A DNA stretch of 64,000 bases from Deltaproteobacteria bacterium (GCA_026129095.1 JAHCIT010000002.1:386530-450529); one strand, 5' to 3'; counted from the stretch's first letter, positions 38,789-49,216 are shown. Notes: a model not told the origin generated them from the sequence alone. Made by a program: numbers and translations.

Positions 38789-40279
38789 TCACCCTTCTGG
38801 GCGCTCCGATTTCGGAAGCAGCCCCCGAAGATCGCCCGACAGGCGGCCCATCTCGGCAGCAGTCGTGGCGACCTCCTCGCTCATCTGTGCAAATTCGCGG
38901 ACTAGCTTTGTCACCTGAAGAGCACTGCCGGAAATGTGTCCGATGGCCGAAGCCTGCTCGCCCGCGTCATTAAGACTCGATTCCATTGACTGCCGCACGG
39001 CAGCTACGCTGTCCCGGATAGCATCAAGGCCCGAACGGGTACCCGCAAACCCCGCCTGGAATTCATCAGCCTTGAGCCGGATCTGGCCGACCGCGTCGGC
39101 CGAAGCACCGGTCTTCGATTCGATTTCGACTACCGCACGTCCGATTTCACCGCTCGTGGCGGCAGCCGCCTCAGCAAGCTTGCGCACTTCCTCGGCCACG
39201 ACGCCAAACCCCCGGCCGTGCTCGCCGGCCCGGGCCGCCTCAATGGAAGCATTCAGTGCAAGCATGTTCGTCTGGGCCGCTATCTCCTGGATGGTATCGG
39301 CAAACCGGGCGACCGACTGTACCTGCCGTGCCAGCTCACCGATGGCCTTCTGGGATTCATCCACAGCCCATGTAATCTGCAGGACTCCGCTTTCGATCTC
39401 GGCAATCAGGCTGTCGATCTGCCGTGCCTGTCCATCAGCGGCTGAAATCTGCTCATTACCCGTGCGCGCACGCTCGGCCAGTGACCGGGCGCTGGCGGCG
39501 ACCTCCTCGGTGGTGGAGGCGATCGATTCGGACTCTTCGCGGGCATGGTCCGCCACCTCGGCCAGCCGGCCGGTGGAGGCGGCAATCTGCTCAACCGATG
39601 AAACCAGGGCGTTCGAGGCGCGGGCAAGACGCTCGCGTGAATCTTCCAGGTCAATGAACGTCGCGTCCATCTGTCCCCGCAAGGCAAACTCCTTCCGGAG
39701 TGTCCAGTTGAGAACGGCGGTGGGAAGCCCCAGAAACGGCAGGGTCACCGAATAGAGCAGCCCCAGCTGGACAGTCTGGTTCATGGCCGCCTCGGGCATC
39801 CGGATGGCAAACACCAGCAGATGTCCGCCCATTACAAGCAGATAGAATGCACCCCACTGGACATAATTCACGGGGAGGACCACCGGTATCACGACGATGT
39901 ATGCAGCCATCACGACACCGTGCAGATAGCTTAGCTGCGCTCCGGTGCCGTAAAACGCATGGTCATTGCCAGCAACGTATGCCGTCGCCACAACGATCAT
40001 GTACCATGAAAACATCCGCCAGTTCCGGAGGACCGGCACAAGCACCAGGGTGGTGAGAGGAATAATCCCCCAGACTGTCCGGCGGCCTAAAACTTCCTCA
40101 ATGGTGTACGGGTCCGTATAGAACATGCTTTGGCCAGACAGGAGGTATTCGGCCACCGTCAATCCGAAAGTGGCGGCGAGGCCAATGTAACAAAGCATCC
40201 GCCCACGTTCGGGCCACAGGGATTCGAGATATTTCTCGAATACCCGCTCGGTCTCTGTACTGAGTATAGATTCCGCCAT
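38789..40279 (-). CDS. methyl-accepting chemotaxis protein with multi-TM N-terminal sensor module
   Basis: C-terminal MCP signalling domain (highly conserved [38 protein letters not shown]). The N-terminal ~220 aa have 5-6 TM helices. Start ATG 40279. Confidence 0.85.
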   Translation of the reverse strand: MAESILSTETERVFEKYLESLWPERGRMLCYIGLAATFGLTVAEYLLSGQSMFYTDPYTIEEVLGRRTVWGIIPLTTLVLVPVLRNWRMFSWYMIVVATAYVAGNDHAFYGTGAQLSYLHGVVMAAYIVVIPVVLPVNYVQWGAFYLLVMGGHLLVFAIRMPEAAMNQTVQLGLLYSVTLPFLGLPTAVLNWTLRKEFALRGQMDATFIDLEDSRERLARASNALVSSVEQIAASTGRLAEVADHAREESESIASTTEEVAASARSLAERARTGNEQISAADGQARQIDSLIAEIESGVLQITWAVDESQKAIGELARQVQSVARFADTIQEIAAQTNMLALNASIEAARAGEHGRGFGVVAEEVRKLAEAAAATSGEIGRAVVEIESKTGASADAVGQIRLKADEFQAGFAGTRSGLDAIRDSVAAVRQSMESSLNDAGEQASAIGHISGSALQVTKLVREFAQMSEEVATTAAEMGRLSGDLRGLLPKSERPEG

Positions 40280-40416
40280 CCCCTGCCTGGCACCAAGCCC
40301 AATCACGCCAATACCGGCACGGTCCCGCAAGAGGGCACCGGCCGGTCAATCAAAACTGCGAATCTATCCGAGGGTATCCGAACTGCCTCGCGATTGGCCA
40401 GAGGAATACATCAAAG

Positions 40417-41064
40417 TCAGAACAGGCTGTTCAAAATGCTGATTACCGCCCGCACACCGAGAAAAATTCCTACAGGAATGGCCACATAGAGCGCATACTT
40501 CAGTACCCGCTGCAGCATCCACGTGTCGTACGAGAAGTTGAGCTTCCGAAGCGCCTCCCGGTCTTCATCGCGGACCTTCTTCCGGGGTTGAGCCGGTTTC
40601 GCTCCTTTCGACATGGCAGGCGGCGGCTTTCCCGCCGCTTTGGCAGCACCGGGCATCACATGCTTGTAGGCCTTGCCTCCACTGACGGGAGCCATTTCGG
40701 CGTCCGGCACCTTCAAGCCGAGGGTTTCATTCACAAAGCCGCGGAGCTGGTTGATGTCATGCGCGTAGACTACCTCGAACTGTATGCCCATTCCGGGTGG
40801 CCTCGCCTGGTCTTCGTCCACCTTGCGGCGCACAATGCCAATGATCTTGATTGGCGCCGTACCCGGCTTCACTTCCAGCCGCAGGTACACCTTGGTCCCA
40901 GCCAGCGCCGGCTTGGCCGTCACCAGAAATATCCCGCTTTCGGAGATATCGGCCGTCACGCTCTGCGCGACATTGGAGTCGAACTTGTACTCGACCTTCA
41001 GGGCCGCGGGCACTCTCTGGACGACCCGGCGCTCCGAATCCGACGACGGCGTGAACCTATCCAT
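40417..41064 (-). CDS. PilZ domain protein with Lys/Ala/Pro-rich linker and C-terminal TM anchor
   Basis: RRVVQR … DISESGIFLVT PilZ motifs. Then a low-complexity KAAGKPPPAMSKGAKPAQPRKK linker and a C-terminal hydrophobic helix (ALYVAIPVGIFLGVRAVISIL). Start ATG 41064 (GGGGAGAGG SD). Confidence 0.7.
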   Translation of the reverse strand: MDRFTPSSDSERRVVQRVPAALKVEYKFDSNVAQSVTADISESGIFLVTAKPALAGTKVYLRLEVKPGTAPIKIIGIVRRKVDEDQARPPGMGIQFEVVYAHDINQLRGFVNETLGLKVPDAEMAPVSGGKAYKHVMPGAAKAAGKPPPAMSKGAKPAQPRKKVRDEDREALRKLNFSYDTWMLQRVLKYALYVAIPVGIFLGVRAVISILNSLF

Positions 41065-41433
41065 GAACCTCTCCCCAAGACCCCCGCAGACTGGCCAAGA
41101 ATACAGGTTCTGCGGCCCGGAGTGAACTTCGGAGAGCAAACGCGGAATGGCGCACACACGGTATCTAATTTTTTTGCATTTGTTTCAGCTACCGTAACAG
41201 CAACGAGAGTCCGTGCATAACCAATTGAAATTACAATGATATTTATGGGTGCACGGGGTTGCAGACACCCCCTTACCGGACCGCCTTCTTCCTTTTGTAA
41301 CCCTGTTGCTAATGCACTAGTTTACGGCCTCTTCAGGCAGGTCCCGGGGGGAATTCGTTCGACCGGACTGGCCTGTAGCAACTGTTTTCCACTGTTGTGG
41401 TAGTCCGCTGGCCATCGAGGGGGATGGAGAGTC

Positions 41434-44400
41434 ATGTTTTCATGGAACCGGATCCGTATTCTGCCGCTTGCAGCCCTGGGGCTGCTCAGTCTCGCTGCCT
41501 GTGGAGCGGACAACCTCTCCCAGCAGCTTGAAACCAGTCCGCTTGGCGAACTGGTGACGGCGGAAGATACCCCTGTCGGTTTCCAGATCAGGGGAACCAG
41601 CCTCGATAACGGGGATGCGGACCTGACGGTGAAAATACTGACTCCGCCAGCGCATGGAACCCTCAGCGCCATGTACGGTGGAGAACCCCTGACGGTCACC
41701 TATACGCCCGACCCCTACTTCAGCGGGACTGACGAGTTTTTCTACCAGATCACGACCGGGGACGAACGCTCCGAGGTGACGGGTATCGGCTCCATTACTG
41801 TTCAGCCGGTCGTCAATGAGCCGCTGATCAGCGTTTCAGCCGAGGGCGACGAGGACACCCTGATCCCGCTGGACATCACGGCGCTCCTGGCGGATACCGA
41901 CGGATCGGAAACGCTCTCCCCTGTGGTGATTTCCGGCATCCCGGACGGAACCTTCCTCAGCAATGGTTCCTATTTCGGGAACGGCGTCTACTCACTGACC
42001 CAGAACCAGCTTGTGAATCTCAAGATCATCCCCCAGCTGAACCGTGACGAGGGGTTTGAGATCACCGTCGAGGCCACCGCCACCGAAACCGCTACTGGAG
42101 AGACCGCTACGACCACCGTCATTCATGAAGTGGTGATCCATCCGGTTGCCGACGCGCCGGTCCCGTTTGGCATCACGGATACGGTGGACGAGGATGATTT
42201 CGTTGATATCCTTCTTGATGCCTCTGATGCCGACACGGGTGATATGGTGTCGCTCACGGCGATCAACGGGCTTTCGAATGGCACCGTGACCGATACAGAT
42301 GACAATCTGCTCGTCTTCCCCGTCGCCATCCCCGCCATGATCCGGTACACGCCTGACCCGGATTTCGATGGAGTGGAGACGTTCACGTTCAGCGTGACGG
42401 ACACCCACAATCTCACATCCACCGGAAACGTGACGATTACGGTCATTCCCTCCGGCGATTCGCCCGTTGCCACCCCCCAGGCAGTCACGCTGTTCGAAGA
42501 CTCCACCATCAACATCGTGCTGACCGGAACGGATCCCGACACTGGCGATGCCGTATCCGTCCTGAGCATACAGAATGGACCTGCAACGGGAATCCTGACG
42601 ACCCTTTCTGGAAACCCGGTCGCGCTGCCGCTCGCCGCCCCCATTACCGTGCGTTACGTGCCGGACCCGGATTCGGACGTGAACGACAGCTTTGAGTTCA
42701 CCGTGAGGGATATTGCCGGCAACACCGGCTCGGCGACGGTCACGATCAGCGTCACGCCGGTCAACGACCCGCCCCGTGCCATCGGCAGCGCACACACGCT
42801 CGACCAGGATACGTTCGTCGATTTCACACTGGACGGAACCGACCCCGACACGGGCGATACCCTCTTCATCCAGTCCATCCTCGTTCCGCCGTCCAGCGGC
42901 GTCATTACCGACCAGTTCGACGCGGCACTGACCCTTCCGTCGGCAACGATCACGCAGGGTGCGAACAATGGCCTTCCCGTCCGGTACCGGCCGAATGGCG
43001 GGTTCTTCTCCAGCGATCTTGCCGTCTTCCGCGTCCAGGACAGCACCGGCCTTACCCACACCGCGGTCGTGAACTTCACGGTAAACCGGGTGCCCGTACC
43101 TCCGGTGGCCCAGGCCGGCGTAGCCACGGTGAACGAGGATTCCTTCACGTTCATCCAGCTTACCGCCACCGATAGCGACATCATCCACGGCGATCAGGTG
43201 TTCCTGACCAATATCCTGAACGGCCCGGCGAACGGAACCGTGACCGATATCAACGGCGCCGCGCTCTCGTTCCCCATCCCCATGCCGGCCACTGTCCGGT
43301 ATACGCCGGTCGCCGACTATAGTGGCGGCGACGCTTTCGATTTCGAGGTCACCGACACCGAGCCGGGCGCTTCATCCACGGCAACCGTTGTCATCACTGT
43401 CGATCTGGTGAACGACGCGCCGTTCCTGACCAATGTACCGGCGTCGATCACCTGCGCGGCCGGGGACACTCCGGTCTTTCAGGCCACGGGCGATGACATC
43501 GACACCAATCCGGCGACGCTGACCTTCGACCGCAGCGGCGGCACCTGCGCCTTCGGAACGGTGGCGGCTGACGGGACCGTGGGCGGCACCTGCGCGGTGC
43601 TGGGCTCGCTCTGCACTATCGGCATCCGCGTCTCCGACGGCGAAGCTTCCGCCACGGCGATGCTGACCATCGGATACAATACCCGGTTCGTCCGGACGCC
43701 ACCGGCGGGTTCCGGCAACGGAAGCTCATGGGCCAACGGCACGGCGAATATCCAGCAGGCGATCAACGATCTGGCCCCGGTCTCCGGCGGGCAGGTCTGG
43801 GTGCGGCAGGGAACCTACCGTTCCAGTGGCACCGGCACTTTCATCACCATGGCCGATGGCGTGAGCCTGTATGGCGGATTTGCCGGCACTGAGGGCACCG
43901 TCTCCCAGCGCCCCTCGACACCATTCGTCCACAGCGTGCTATCGGGCGACACCAACGGGGACGGCCTGTTCACGCCGACCGACTCCAGGCGGGTTATCCA
44001 CGCCGCGAGCGATGCCGATATCGATGGCTTCATCATCACTGGCGGCAACGGAGTCCTGGATACCGGGATGAATAACACAAGCGGTGCGGGAATCGGGGCC
44101 GAATATGTCACCAATCTCGTGATCAGCAACGTGATTATCAGGAAAAACCAGGCCCTCGGGGCTGCAGATGCCAGCGGAGCGGCGATTTATGCCGAGGGGT
44201 CAGAACTGTGGGTGCTGGATTCCGTCATTTTGGACAACCACGCAAACTTTTTGGCGGGAGCCATCGCCGGCTATGGCTCAACCCTGGAAATGGACAATGT
44301 AGTTGTCAGCGGAAATACCAGCCAGTTCCAGGGCGCGGCAATCTTCATGAATGCCGGATCAACTGCCACGGTTTTCAACTCCCTGTTTTCCGGCAACGGA

Positions 44401-45177
44401 GTCACACACAACGGCGGTGCCATTTACAACCATGATTCGGACCTTCTGGTCATCAACTCAACATTCCGCGGAAACAGTGCGGGCGTCAGCGCCTTCGGCT
44501 CCGGCGGTGCCATCTTCAGCCACAACAGCGGCGGCGGTGGAGCCACTCTGGAAGTGGTTAATGCCACTTTCAGCGGCAACGACGCCAATGCGGGCAATGG
44601 TGGCGGCATATTCAATTCGGTCGGCAGCACGGCAACCATCACCAATTCGGCCTTTTACGGAAACACTGGTGGCAGTGGGGCTGTCGATTGGGTGGATGCA
44701 CCGGCATTTGTTGCAAATTGCGCCGACCAGAATCTGGGCGGCGGCAACACCCAGATATTCACCGATCCCTTCCTCCATGCGGCCAGTGGCCAGGTATTCC
44801 TCGATCCGTCCGGATCGTGCGTGGATACCGGTAGCGATGCACTGGCCGATGCGGCATTTGCCGTCATGGGCGGCCTCGACTGGACCCAGCAGACAACGAA
44901 CCGCGACACGCCAAGCACGCTGGATGCTTCCCCGGCCGATCCAGGCCGCCACCATGTGCCCTACCACGTCTGGATCAAGACGTTCGAGAAATCGGGTGGC
45001 ACGACCTTGAGCTGGACGACCAACGCGGCCAGCTCCTGCATTCTTTCCGGCGGCGTGCTGACCGGACCGCTGAATGTCGCCCTGAACAGCTCCCTCGTTC
45101 CGGGCGGAAACGGCGCCTATACGCTCACCTGCCAAGGGGTGAACGGTCCGGTCACCGCAGCAATCAGCCTGCCGTAA
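41434..45177 (+). CDS. giant surface lipoprotein: tandem cadherin-like/Ig-like repeats plus C-terminal Pmp-like parallel beta-helix
   Basis: MFSWNRIRILPLAALGLLSLAACG (lipobox). ~5 repeats of ~95-100 aa ending in VNEPL / PVADAP / PVNDPP / PVPPVA / LVNDAP (cadherin-like/VCBS-type). C-terminal half is full of GGAI / FxGN repeats characteristic of right-handed beta-helix (polymorphic membrane protein) repeats. Confidence 0.8.
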   Translation: MFSWNRIRILPLAALGLLSLAACGADNLSQQLETSPLGELVTAEDTPVGFQIRGTSLDNGDADLTVKILTPPAHGTLSAMYGGEPLTVTYTPDPYFSGTDEFFYQITTGDERSEVTGIGSITVQPVVNEPLISVSAEGDEDTLIPLDITALLADTDGSETLSPVVISGIPDGTFLSNGSYFGNGVYSLTQNQLVNLKIIPQLNRDEGFEITVEATATETATGETATTTVIHEVVIHPVADAPVPFGITDTVDEDDFVDILLDASDADTGDMVSLTAINGLSNGTVTDTDDNLLVFPVAIPAMIRYTPDPDFDGVETFTFSVTDTHNLTSTGNVTITVIPSGDSPVATPQAVTLFEDSTINIVLTGTDPDTGDAVSVLSIQNGPATGILTTLSGNPVALPLAAPITVRYVPDPDSDVNDSFEFTVRDIAGNTGSATVTISVTPVNDPPRAIGSAHTLDQDTFVDFTLDGTDPDTGDTLFIQSILVPPSSGVITDQFDAALTLPSATITQGANNGLPVRYRPNGGFFSSDLAVFRVQDSTGLTHTAVVNFTVNRVPVPPVAQAGVATVNEDSFTFIQLTATDSDIIHGDQVFLTNILNGPANGTVTDINGAALSFPIPMPATVRYTPVADYSGGDAFDFEVTDTEPGASSTATVVITVDLVNDAPFLTNVPASITCAAGDTPVFQATGDDIDTNPATLTFDRSGGTCAFGTVAADGTVGGTCAVLGSLCTIGIRVSDGEASATAMLTIGYNTRFVRTPPAGSGNGSSWANGTANIQQAINDLAPVSGGQVWVRQGTYRSSGTGTFITMADGVSLYGGFAGTEGTVSQRPSTPFVHSVLSGDTNGDGLFTPTDSRRVIHAASDADIDGFIITGGNGVLDTGMNNTSGAGIGAEYVTNLVISNVIIRKNQALGAADASGAAIYAEGSELWVLDSVILDNHANFLAGAIAGYGSTLEMDNVVVSGNTSQFQGAAIFMNAGSTATVFNSLFSGNGVTHNGGAIYNHDSDLLVINSTFRGNSAGVSAFGSGGAIFSHNSGGGGATLEVVNATFSGNDANAGNGGGIFNSVGSTATITNSAFYGNTGGSGAVDWVDAPAFVANCADQNLGGGNTQIFTDPFLHAASGQVFLDPSGSCVDTGSDALADAAFAVMGGLDWTQQTTNRDTPSTLDASPADPGRHHVPYHVWIKTFEKSGGTTLSWTTNAASSCILSGGVLTGPLNVALNSSLVPGGNGAYTLTCQGVNGPVTAAISLP

Positions 45178-45181
45178 GCAG

Positions 45182-45826
45182 CTAGACGCCCCGGTCGCGG
45201 CCCGGCCACAGCAGCTTGTGAAGCTGGATCTGGAGGCGGCCGGGAAGCCGGTCCTCCAGCAGCCACGCGGCCAGTTCCGCCGGCTCCAGTTCACCATGCA
45301 CCGGTGAATACAGGATACCGCATATGTGCCCGATTCCGTGCTCCCGGACCTGCTGGCGGGCCCATTCATAATCGGTGCGACCGGCGATCACGAACTTAAC
45401 CTCATCGTGGGAATGCAACAGGTCCAGATTCCCGTACAAATTCCGGTCCGATTCACCCGAACCGGGGCACTTGAGATCGACGATCTTCCTCACCTCGGGC
45501 GGAACGTCCTTCAGGCTGTGGGCCCCGCCGGTTTCCAGCATCACCTCATAGCCTTCCGAAAGCAGGGCCTTCAGCAAAGGGACACAGCCTCCCTGGGCGA
45601 GCGGTTCGCCACCGGTCACCTCGACCAGCTTCGTTCCGTAGGCGGCGACTTTTTCGAGCACCTGGCTGTAATCCATGCCTTCGCCGCCGGCAAAGGCATA
45701 CGCCGTGTCGCACCACCGGCACCGCAGTGGACAGCCGGTAAGCCGGATGAACACGCAGGGACGGCCAGCCTGGGACGATTCGCCCTGGATGGAGTGGAAG
45801 ATTTCGGTGACGGTGAGGTCGGCCAT
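45182..45826 (-). CDS. queE: 7-carboxy-7-deazaguanine synthase QueE (radical SAM)
   Basis: EIFHSIQGES...FIRLTGCPLRCRWCDT (QueE-type CxxxCxxC cluster); 214 aa. Confidence 0.85.
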   Translation of the reverse strand: MADLTVTEIFHSIQGESSQAGRPCVFIRLTGCPLRCRWCDTAYAFAGGEGMDYSQVLEKVAAYGTKLVEVTGGEPLAQGGCVPLLKALLSEGYEVMLETGGAHSLKDVPPEVRKIVDLKCPGSGESDRNLYGNLDLLHSHDEVKFVIAGRTDYEWARQQVREHGIGHICGILYSPVHGELEPAELAAWLLEDRLPGRLQIQLHKLLWPGRDRGV

Positions 45827-46305
45827 TACTGCTTTTCGTCCGTTACCGGAAAGCTGCGTCCGGCAATCCTCAGGACCGCAGCCCCGTCCGCTTCTTCACT
45901 GACCCAGCGGGCCAGTTCAAGTTGCGGCAGCCGGTGAAACCTCGCAGACTGGCCCGACTTCAGCGTGCAATAGAGCGCGCCGCCGGTGCCGGACCTCAGG
46001 GTGCCGGGGTCCAGCATTTCGGAAGTTCCCGAGCCCAGCACGAGGCCCACAGCCTCCAGCGCACCGCCATCCGGACTGGTCACCGCCTCCAGCCGTTCCA
46101 CGAACTGCGGCACGTCTTCCACCACGGCCCTGCACCGCTCTCCCTCGCACAGGAAGGACCATGATCCATCCGGTTCCTGCTGCAGGCCGGCGAAAAAGTC
46201 CCGTGCCAGATCAGGATCGGTCACCGGGTTTTTGCCGTAGTGCCACCGCCCGTTCCCATCCAGCCGGTATGTGTACACGCGTTTCGACAGATCACGGGAC
46301 TTCAT
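45826..46305 (-). CDS. hypothetical protein
   Basis: 159-aa ORF whose stop overlaps the queE start, translationally coupled in the operon. No motif recognised. Confidence 0.55.
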   Translation of the reverse strand: MKSRDLSKRVYTYRLDGNGRWHYGKNPVTDPDLARDFFAGLQQEPDGSWSFLCEGERCRAVVEDVPQFVERLEAVTSPDGGALEAVGLVLGSGTSEMLDPGTLRSGTGGALYCTLKSGQSARFHRLPQLELARWVSEEADGAAVLRIAGRSFPVTDEKQ

Positions 46306-47591
46306 GGCTTGCTGCCTATCCGTGCGCCAGCGACTTCCCGTGTGCGGAGCCGGATCGGGTTCCGGAGCCGCTCGAACTCGCGGCGGATATTGTCACGGAT
46401 CGTGTCCGTACGGGCCTTGCCGTACTCGGCGGCCAGTTCACGAAGGCGCATCAGGTCCGAAACCGCGTTGGGAGACCCGATGACTGACCGGATCCAGTCG
46501 AGTTCGCCGCGCCAGAGAGGCCTCCAGTGGGCAAGCTCCTGCACTTCCCGGTGCCGCTCCGGGCCCAGCGACCGGGCCCAGTGCTCTCCTTCGCCGCCAT
46601 CTATGAGCATCTCCCCCAGCGTGGGGTACTCCAGCAGGAGCTGCTGAAGCCCCACCGATGCACCCGTCATGTCTCCCCTTCCCCGGAGGAGCAGAATTCG
46701 TCCGATGCTGCCAAGCAGACTGTTACCGAGCGCATCGTAGAACCTGTCCGCTTCATCCAGGTACCCGGCCATGTGCGCCGCCGCTGCCCGAAGCTCGACA
46801 GCGAACAGCGCGCCTTTCGGATCGAGCTGGGTGATTTCCTCGGTAAACCGGTGTGCCTCGTCGTACCGGCCGAGCCGGAAGAGCGCGCCCGCGAGCAGTT
46901 CCAGCGCCCGTGCGTAGGCACGGGCGTCGGAATCGGCCAGAAAGTCGAACGCCAGCGGAAAGGGCTTGTCGGCCAAAAAGGGATTTGCCGCCTGACGGGC
47001 CTGGAGCTGCTCACGGGCAACCTCGGTCACATGGAACAGCTTGCGAACGGCGTCCGTATCGGACCCCAGCAGAATATCGATCTCGGCCGGAACCAGCCGC
47101 GCTTCGGTAAAATTGCGGTCGGCTTCGAGAGCACGGTCAGCCAGCCGGATGGCTTCCTCTAAATCGCCACTGGCCACGGCCTTCCGTGCCCTGTCAGCCA
47201 GATCGGCGGCTTCCCGGCGGGCCGCGACACCACGGGCTGGGTGTCCCAAGCTCTCGCGCTCGGGCTCTCCGTCCGTGCTGTCGATCTCCTCCAGCCAGCC
47301 GGAAAGATAGTCCAGCGTAGAGCGAATCTCCTTCAGGCGGGCCGGTCCGGGATTCCCCCGGTGAAGCTCATCATGCAGATTCCGGGCAATCTGCATCAGT
47401 TCAGCCAGCTCGTCCGGTATTTTCCCGATCCGCCTTTCCAGCAGCTCGGCACCCGACATGAGTGTCCGCACCCGCTCCAGCAGCCGGACGGCTGGATCGC
47501 CGGAACGGCCGACTGCCCGGTGACGGTACGGTGTCCGCCGCACGGGCGCCCTGGATTTCCGGGCGGGACGCTTGTTACGGCCGGGAGTCAC
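46302..47591 (-). CDS. hypothetical protein (helical, TPR-like; very basic N-terminus)
   Basis: 429-aa ORF overlapping both neighbours by 4 nt (ATGA). Arg-rich N-terminal 40 aa; the true start may be internal. Confidence 0.55.
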   Translation of the reverse strand: MTPGRNKRPARKSRAPVRRTPYRHRAVGRSGDPAVRLLERVRTLMSGAELLERRIGKIPDELAELMQIARNLHDELHRGNPGPARLKEIRSTLDYLSGWLEEIDSTDGEPERESLGHPARGVAARREAADLADRARKAVASGDLEEAIRLADRALEADRNFTEARLVPAEIDILLGSDTDAVRKLFHVTEVAREQLQARQAANPFLADKPFPLAFDFLADSDARAYARALELLAGALFRLGRYDEAHRFTEEITQLDPKGALFAVELRAAAAHMAGYLDEADRFYDALGNSLLGSIGRILLLRGRGDMTGASVGLQQLLLEYPTLGEMLIDGGEGEHWARSLGPERHREVQELAHWRPLWRGELDWIRSVIGSPNAVSDLMRLRELAAEYGKARTDTIRDNIRREFERLRNPIRLRTREVAGARIGSKP

Positions 47592-49216
47592 ACAGGCATG
47601 ATACCATGCTTGCGGTACGGTCTTTCAATCTCCTTGCGCCAGACAACCTCGATGGCCCGGCACAGCATGGGGCGGGTATCACGGGGATCAATCAGGTCGT
47701 CGATGAACCCCCAGTCGGCCACCTTGTGAATGTCGATGGCCGGGCGGATCATGTCCGCGATCATCTTCGCCACCTGTGGGGCAAGTTCCTGCCCCTGCTT
47801 CATGAACCGGCGGCCGAAAATACCAACCATTCCTTCGGCACCCATGATCGAGATTTCCGCACCCGGCCAGGCAAGCAGGATATCGGGCTCATAGGCCCGC
47901 CCACACATGGCGTAGTAACCCGCCCCATAACTCTTCCGGCAGATGACCGAGAGCTTGGGAACCGTCGCCGAGGCCATCGCATGAATGAACTTGGCGCCGT
48001 GGCGGATGATTCCCGCATGCTCGGCCTTGGTGCCGACCATGAAGCCCGGCACGTCATGGAAGAAAAGCAGCGGAATATTGAACGCATCGCATATCTGGAT
48101 GAAATGCGCCGCCTTGTCGGAGGCGTTGTTATCAATGATTCCGCCCATGAACTTTGAATTGTTCGCCACGACCCCCACGGGATAGCCGTTCAGGCGTGAC
48201 AGGCAGGTGATGATATTCCGCGCAAACTTCGGCTTGATGTCGAGAATATCTCCGTTGTCCACAATTGCCCGGACCACCGCATACATGTCGAAGGGCTTTC
48301 GCGATTCATCCGGAACCAGATCAATCAGGCTCTCTTCCCGCCGGTCAATGGAGTCGATGCAGGCGATGACAGGCGGTTTTTCCTTGCATGAAAGCGGCAT
48401 GAAGGAGAGGTATTTCCGCGTAATGGCGATGCATTCCTTGTCATCGGCCGTTTCAAGATCTCCCACACCCGACACTTCGCAGTGAATTTTTGAACCACCA
48501 AGCGACTGCTCGTCGACGTCCTCCCCCATGGCGGCCTTCACGAGCGGCGGACCCGCCAGGGCCATCGAGCCGATGTTTTTCACCATCGGGACGAAGTCGG
48601 CGAGACCAGGTATGTAGGCCGTACCGGCCGCGCCGGGGCCAACCATGGCGGCCACCTGTGGCACAACGCCGCTCATTACAATCTGTTCGCGGAAGAGATA
48701 GCCCGAATCGGCAAAGAGTGACAGGAAGTCGCCAGCCGAATCGGGGATGGCCCCTCCCATGAGACCGCCACCCTTCGCACCACCGCTGCCGCCGCCCGTG
48801 GCCTGGGAGATATCAATACGGCCGCCGGCCGAATCAATCAGCCACACGATCGGGATCCGTTCACGCAGGGCGAACTCCCGCATGCGCGTGCATTTACGCT
48901 CTCCCGTGAGGCCGATCGAACCACCCTTTACCGTGAAGTCGTAGCTGATAGCCGCCACCGGGCGGCCATCTACCTTGCCCCATGCCGTCACCACTGCGTC
49001 GGCATTGACACGCTTGTCGCCAGATCCACCCGGCATCGGAGTACCGCTGATGCCGAATTCCGTCCACTCGGCCTTGTCAAACAGAAGATCGAGCCGCTCA
49101 CGGGCGGATAGCTTGCCCCGCTGGTGCTGCTGGGCGATCTTGTCGGCTCCGCCCATCTCCTTGATTTTCGTCCGCAAGCTGTCGAGCTTCTGAACCCGGT
49201 CCCGCATGGTCGGCAT
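47588..49216 (-). CDS. acyl-CoA carboxylase carboxyltransferase subunit (PccB/MMCoA-decarboxylase alpha-like)
   Basis: Two crotonase-like carboxyltransferase halves (…GGSIGLTGERK…IVWLIDSAGGRI… and …VVANNSKFMGGII…KSYGAGYYAM…). Start ATG 49216 with AAAGGGAGAA SD. Confidence 0.85.
   Translation of the reverse strand: MPTMRDRVQKLDSLRTKIKEMGGADKIAQQHQRGKLSARERLDLLFDKAEWTEFGISGTPMPGGSGDKRVNADAVVTAWGKVDGRPVAAISYDFTVKGGSIGLTGERKCTRMREFALRERIPIVWLIDSAGGRIDISQATGGGSGGAKGGGLMGGAIPDSAGDFLSLFADSGYLFREQIVMSGVVPQVAAMVGPGAAGTAYIPGLADFVPMVKNIGSMALAGPPLVKAAMGEDVDEQSLGGSKIHCEVSGVGDLETADDKECIAITRKYLSFMPLSCKEKPPVIACIDSIDRREESLIDLVPDESRKPFDMYAVVRAIVDNGDILDIKPKFARNIITCLSRLNGYPVGVVANNSKFMGGIIDNNASDKAAHFIQICDAFNIPLLFFHDVPGFMVGTKAEHAGIIRHGAKFIHAMASATVPKLSVICRKSYGAGYYAMCGRAYEPDILLAWPGAEISIMGAEGMVGIFGRRFMKQGQELAPQVAKMIADMIRPAIDIHKVADWGFIDDLIDPRDTRPMLCRAIEVVWRKEIERPYRKHGIMPV

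Noticed and set aside
41330-41400. tRNA-like T-loop (GTTCGACC) in the divergent spacer before the adhesin gene
   Set aside because: No acceptor-stem complementarity, D-loop or anticodon arm could be drawn. Likely chance.
41992-43188. 398-aa minus-strand ORF (and other 100-300-aa antisense ORFs at 42123-43184, 44458-45369) inside the adhesin gene
   Set aside because: Antisense open frames are expected in 65% GC coding DNA. The translations are Arg/Gly/Asp-rich without motifs. The sense-strand repeat architecture is coherent.
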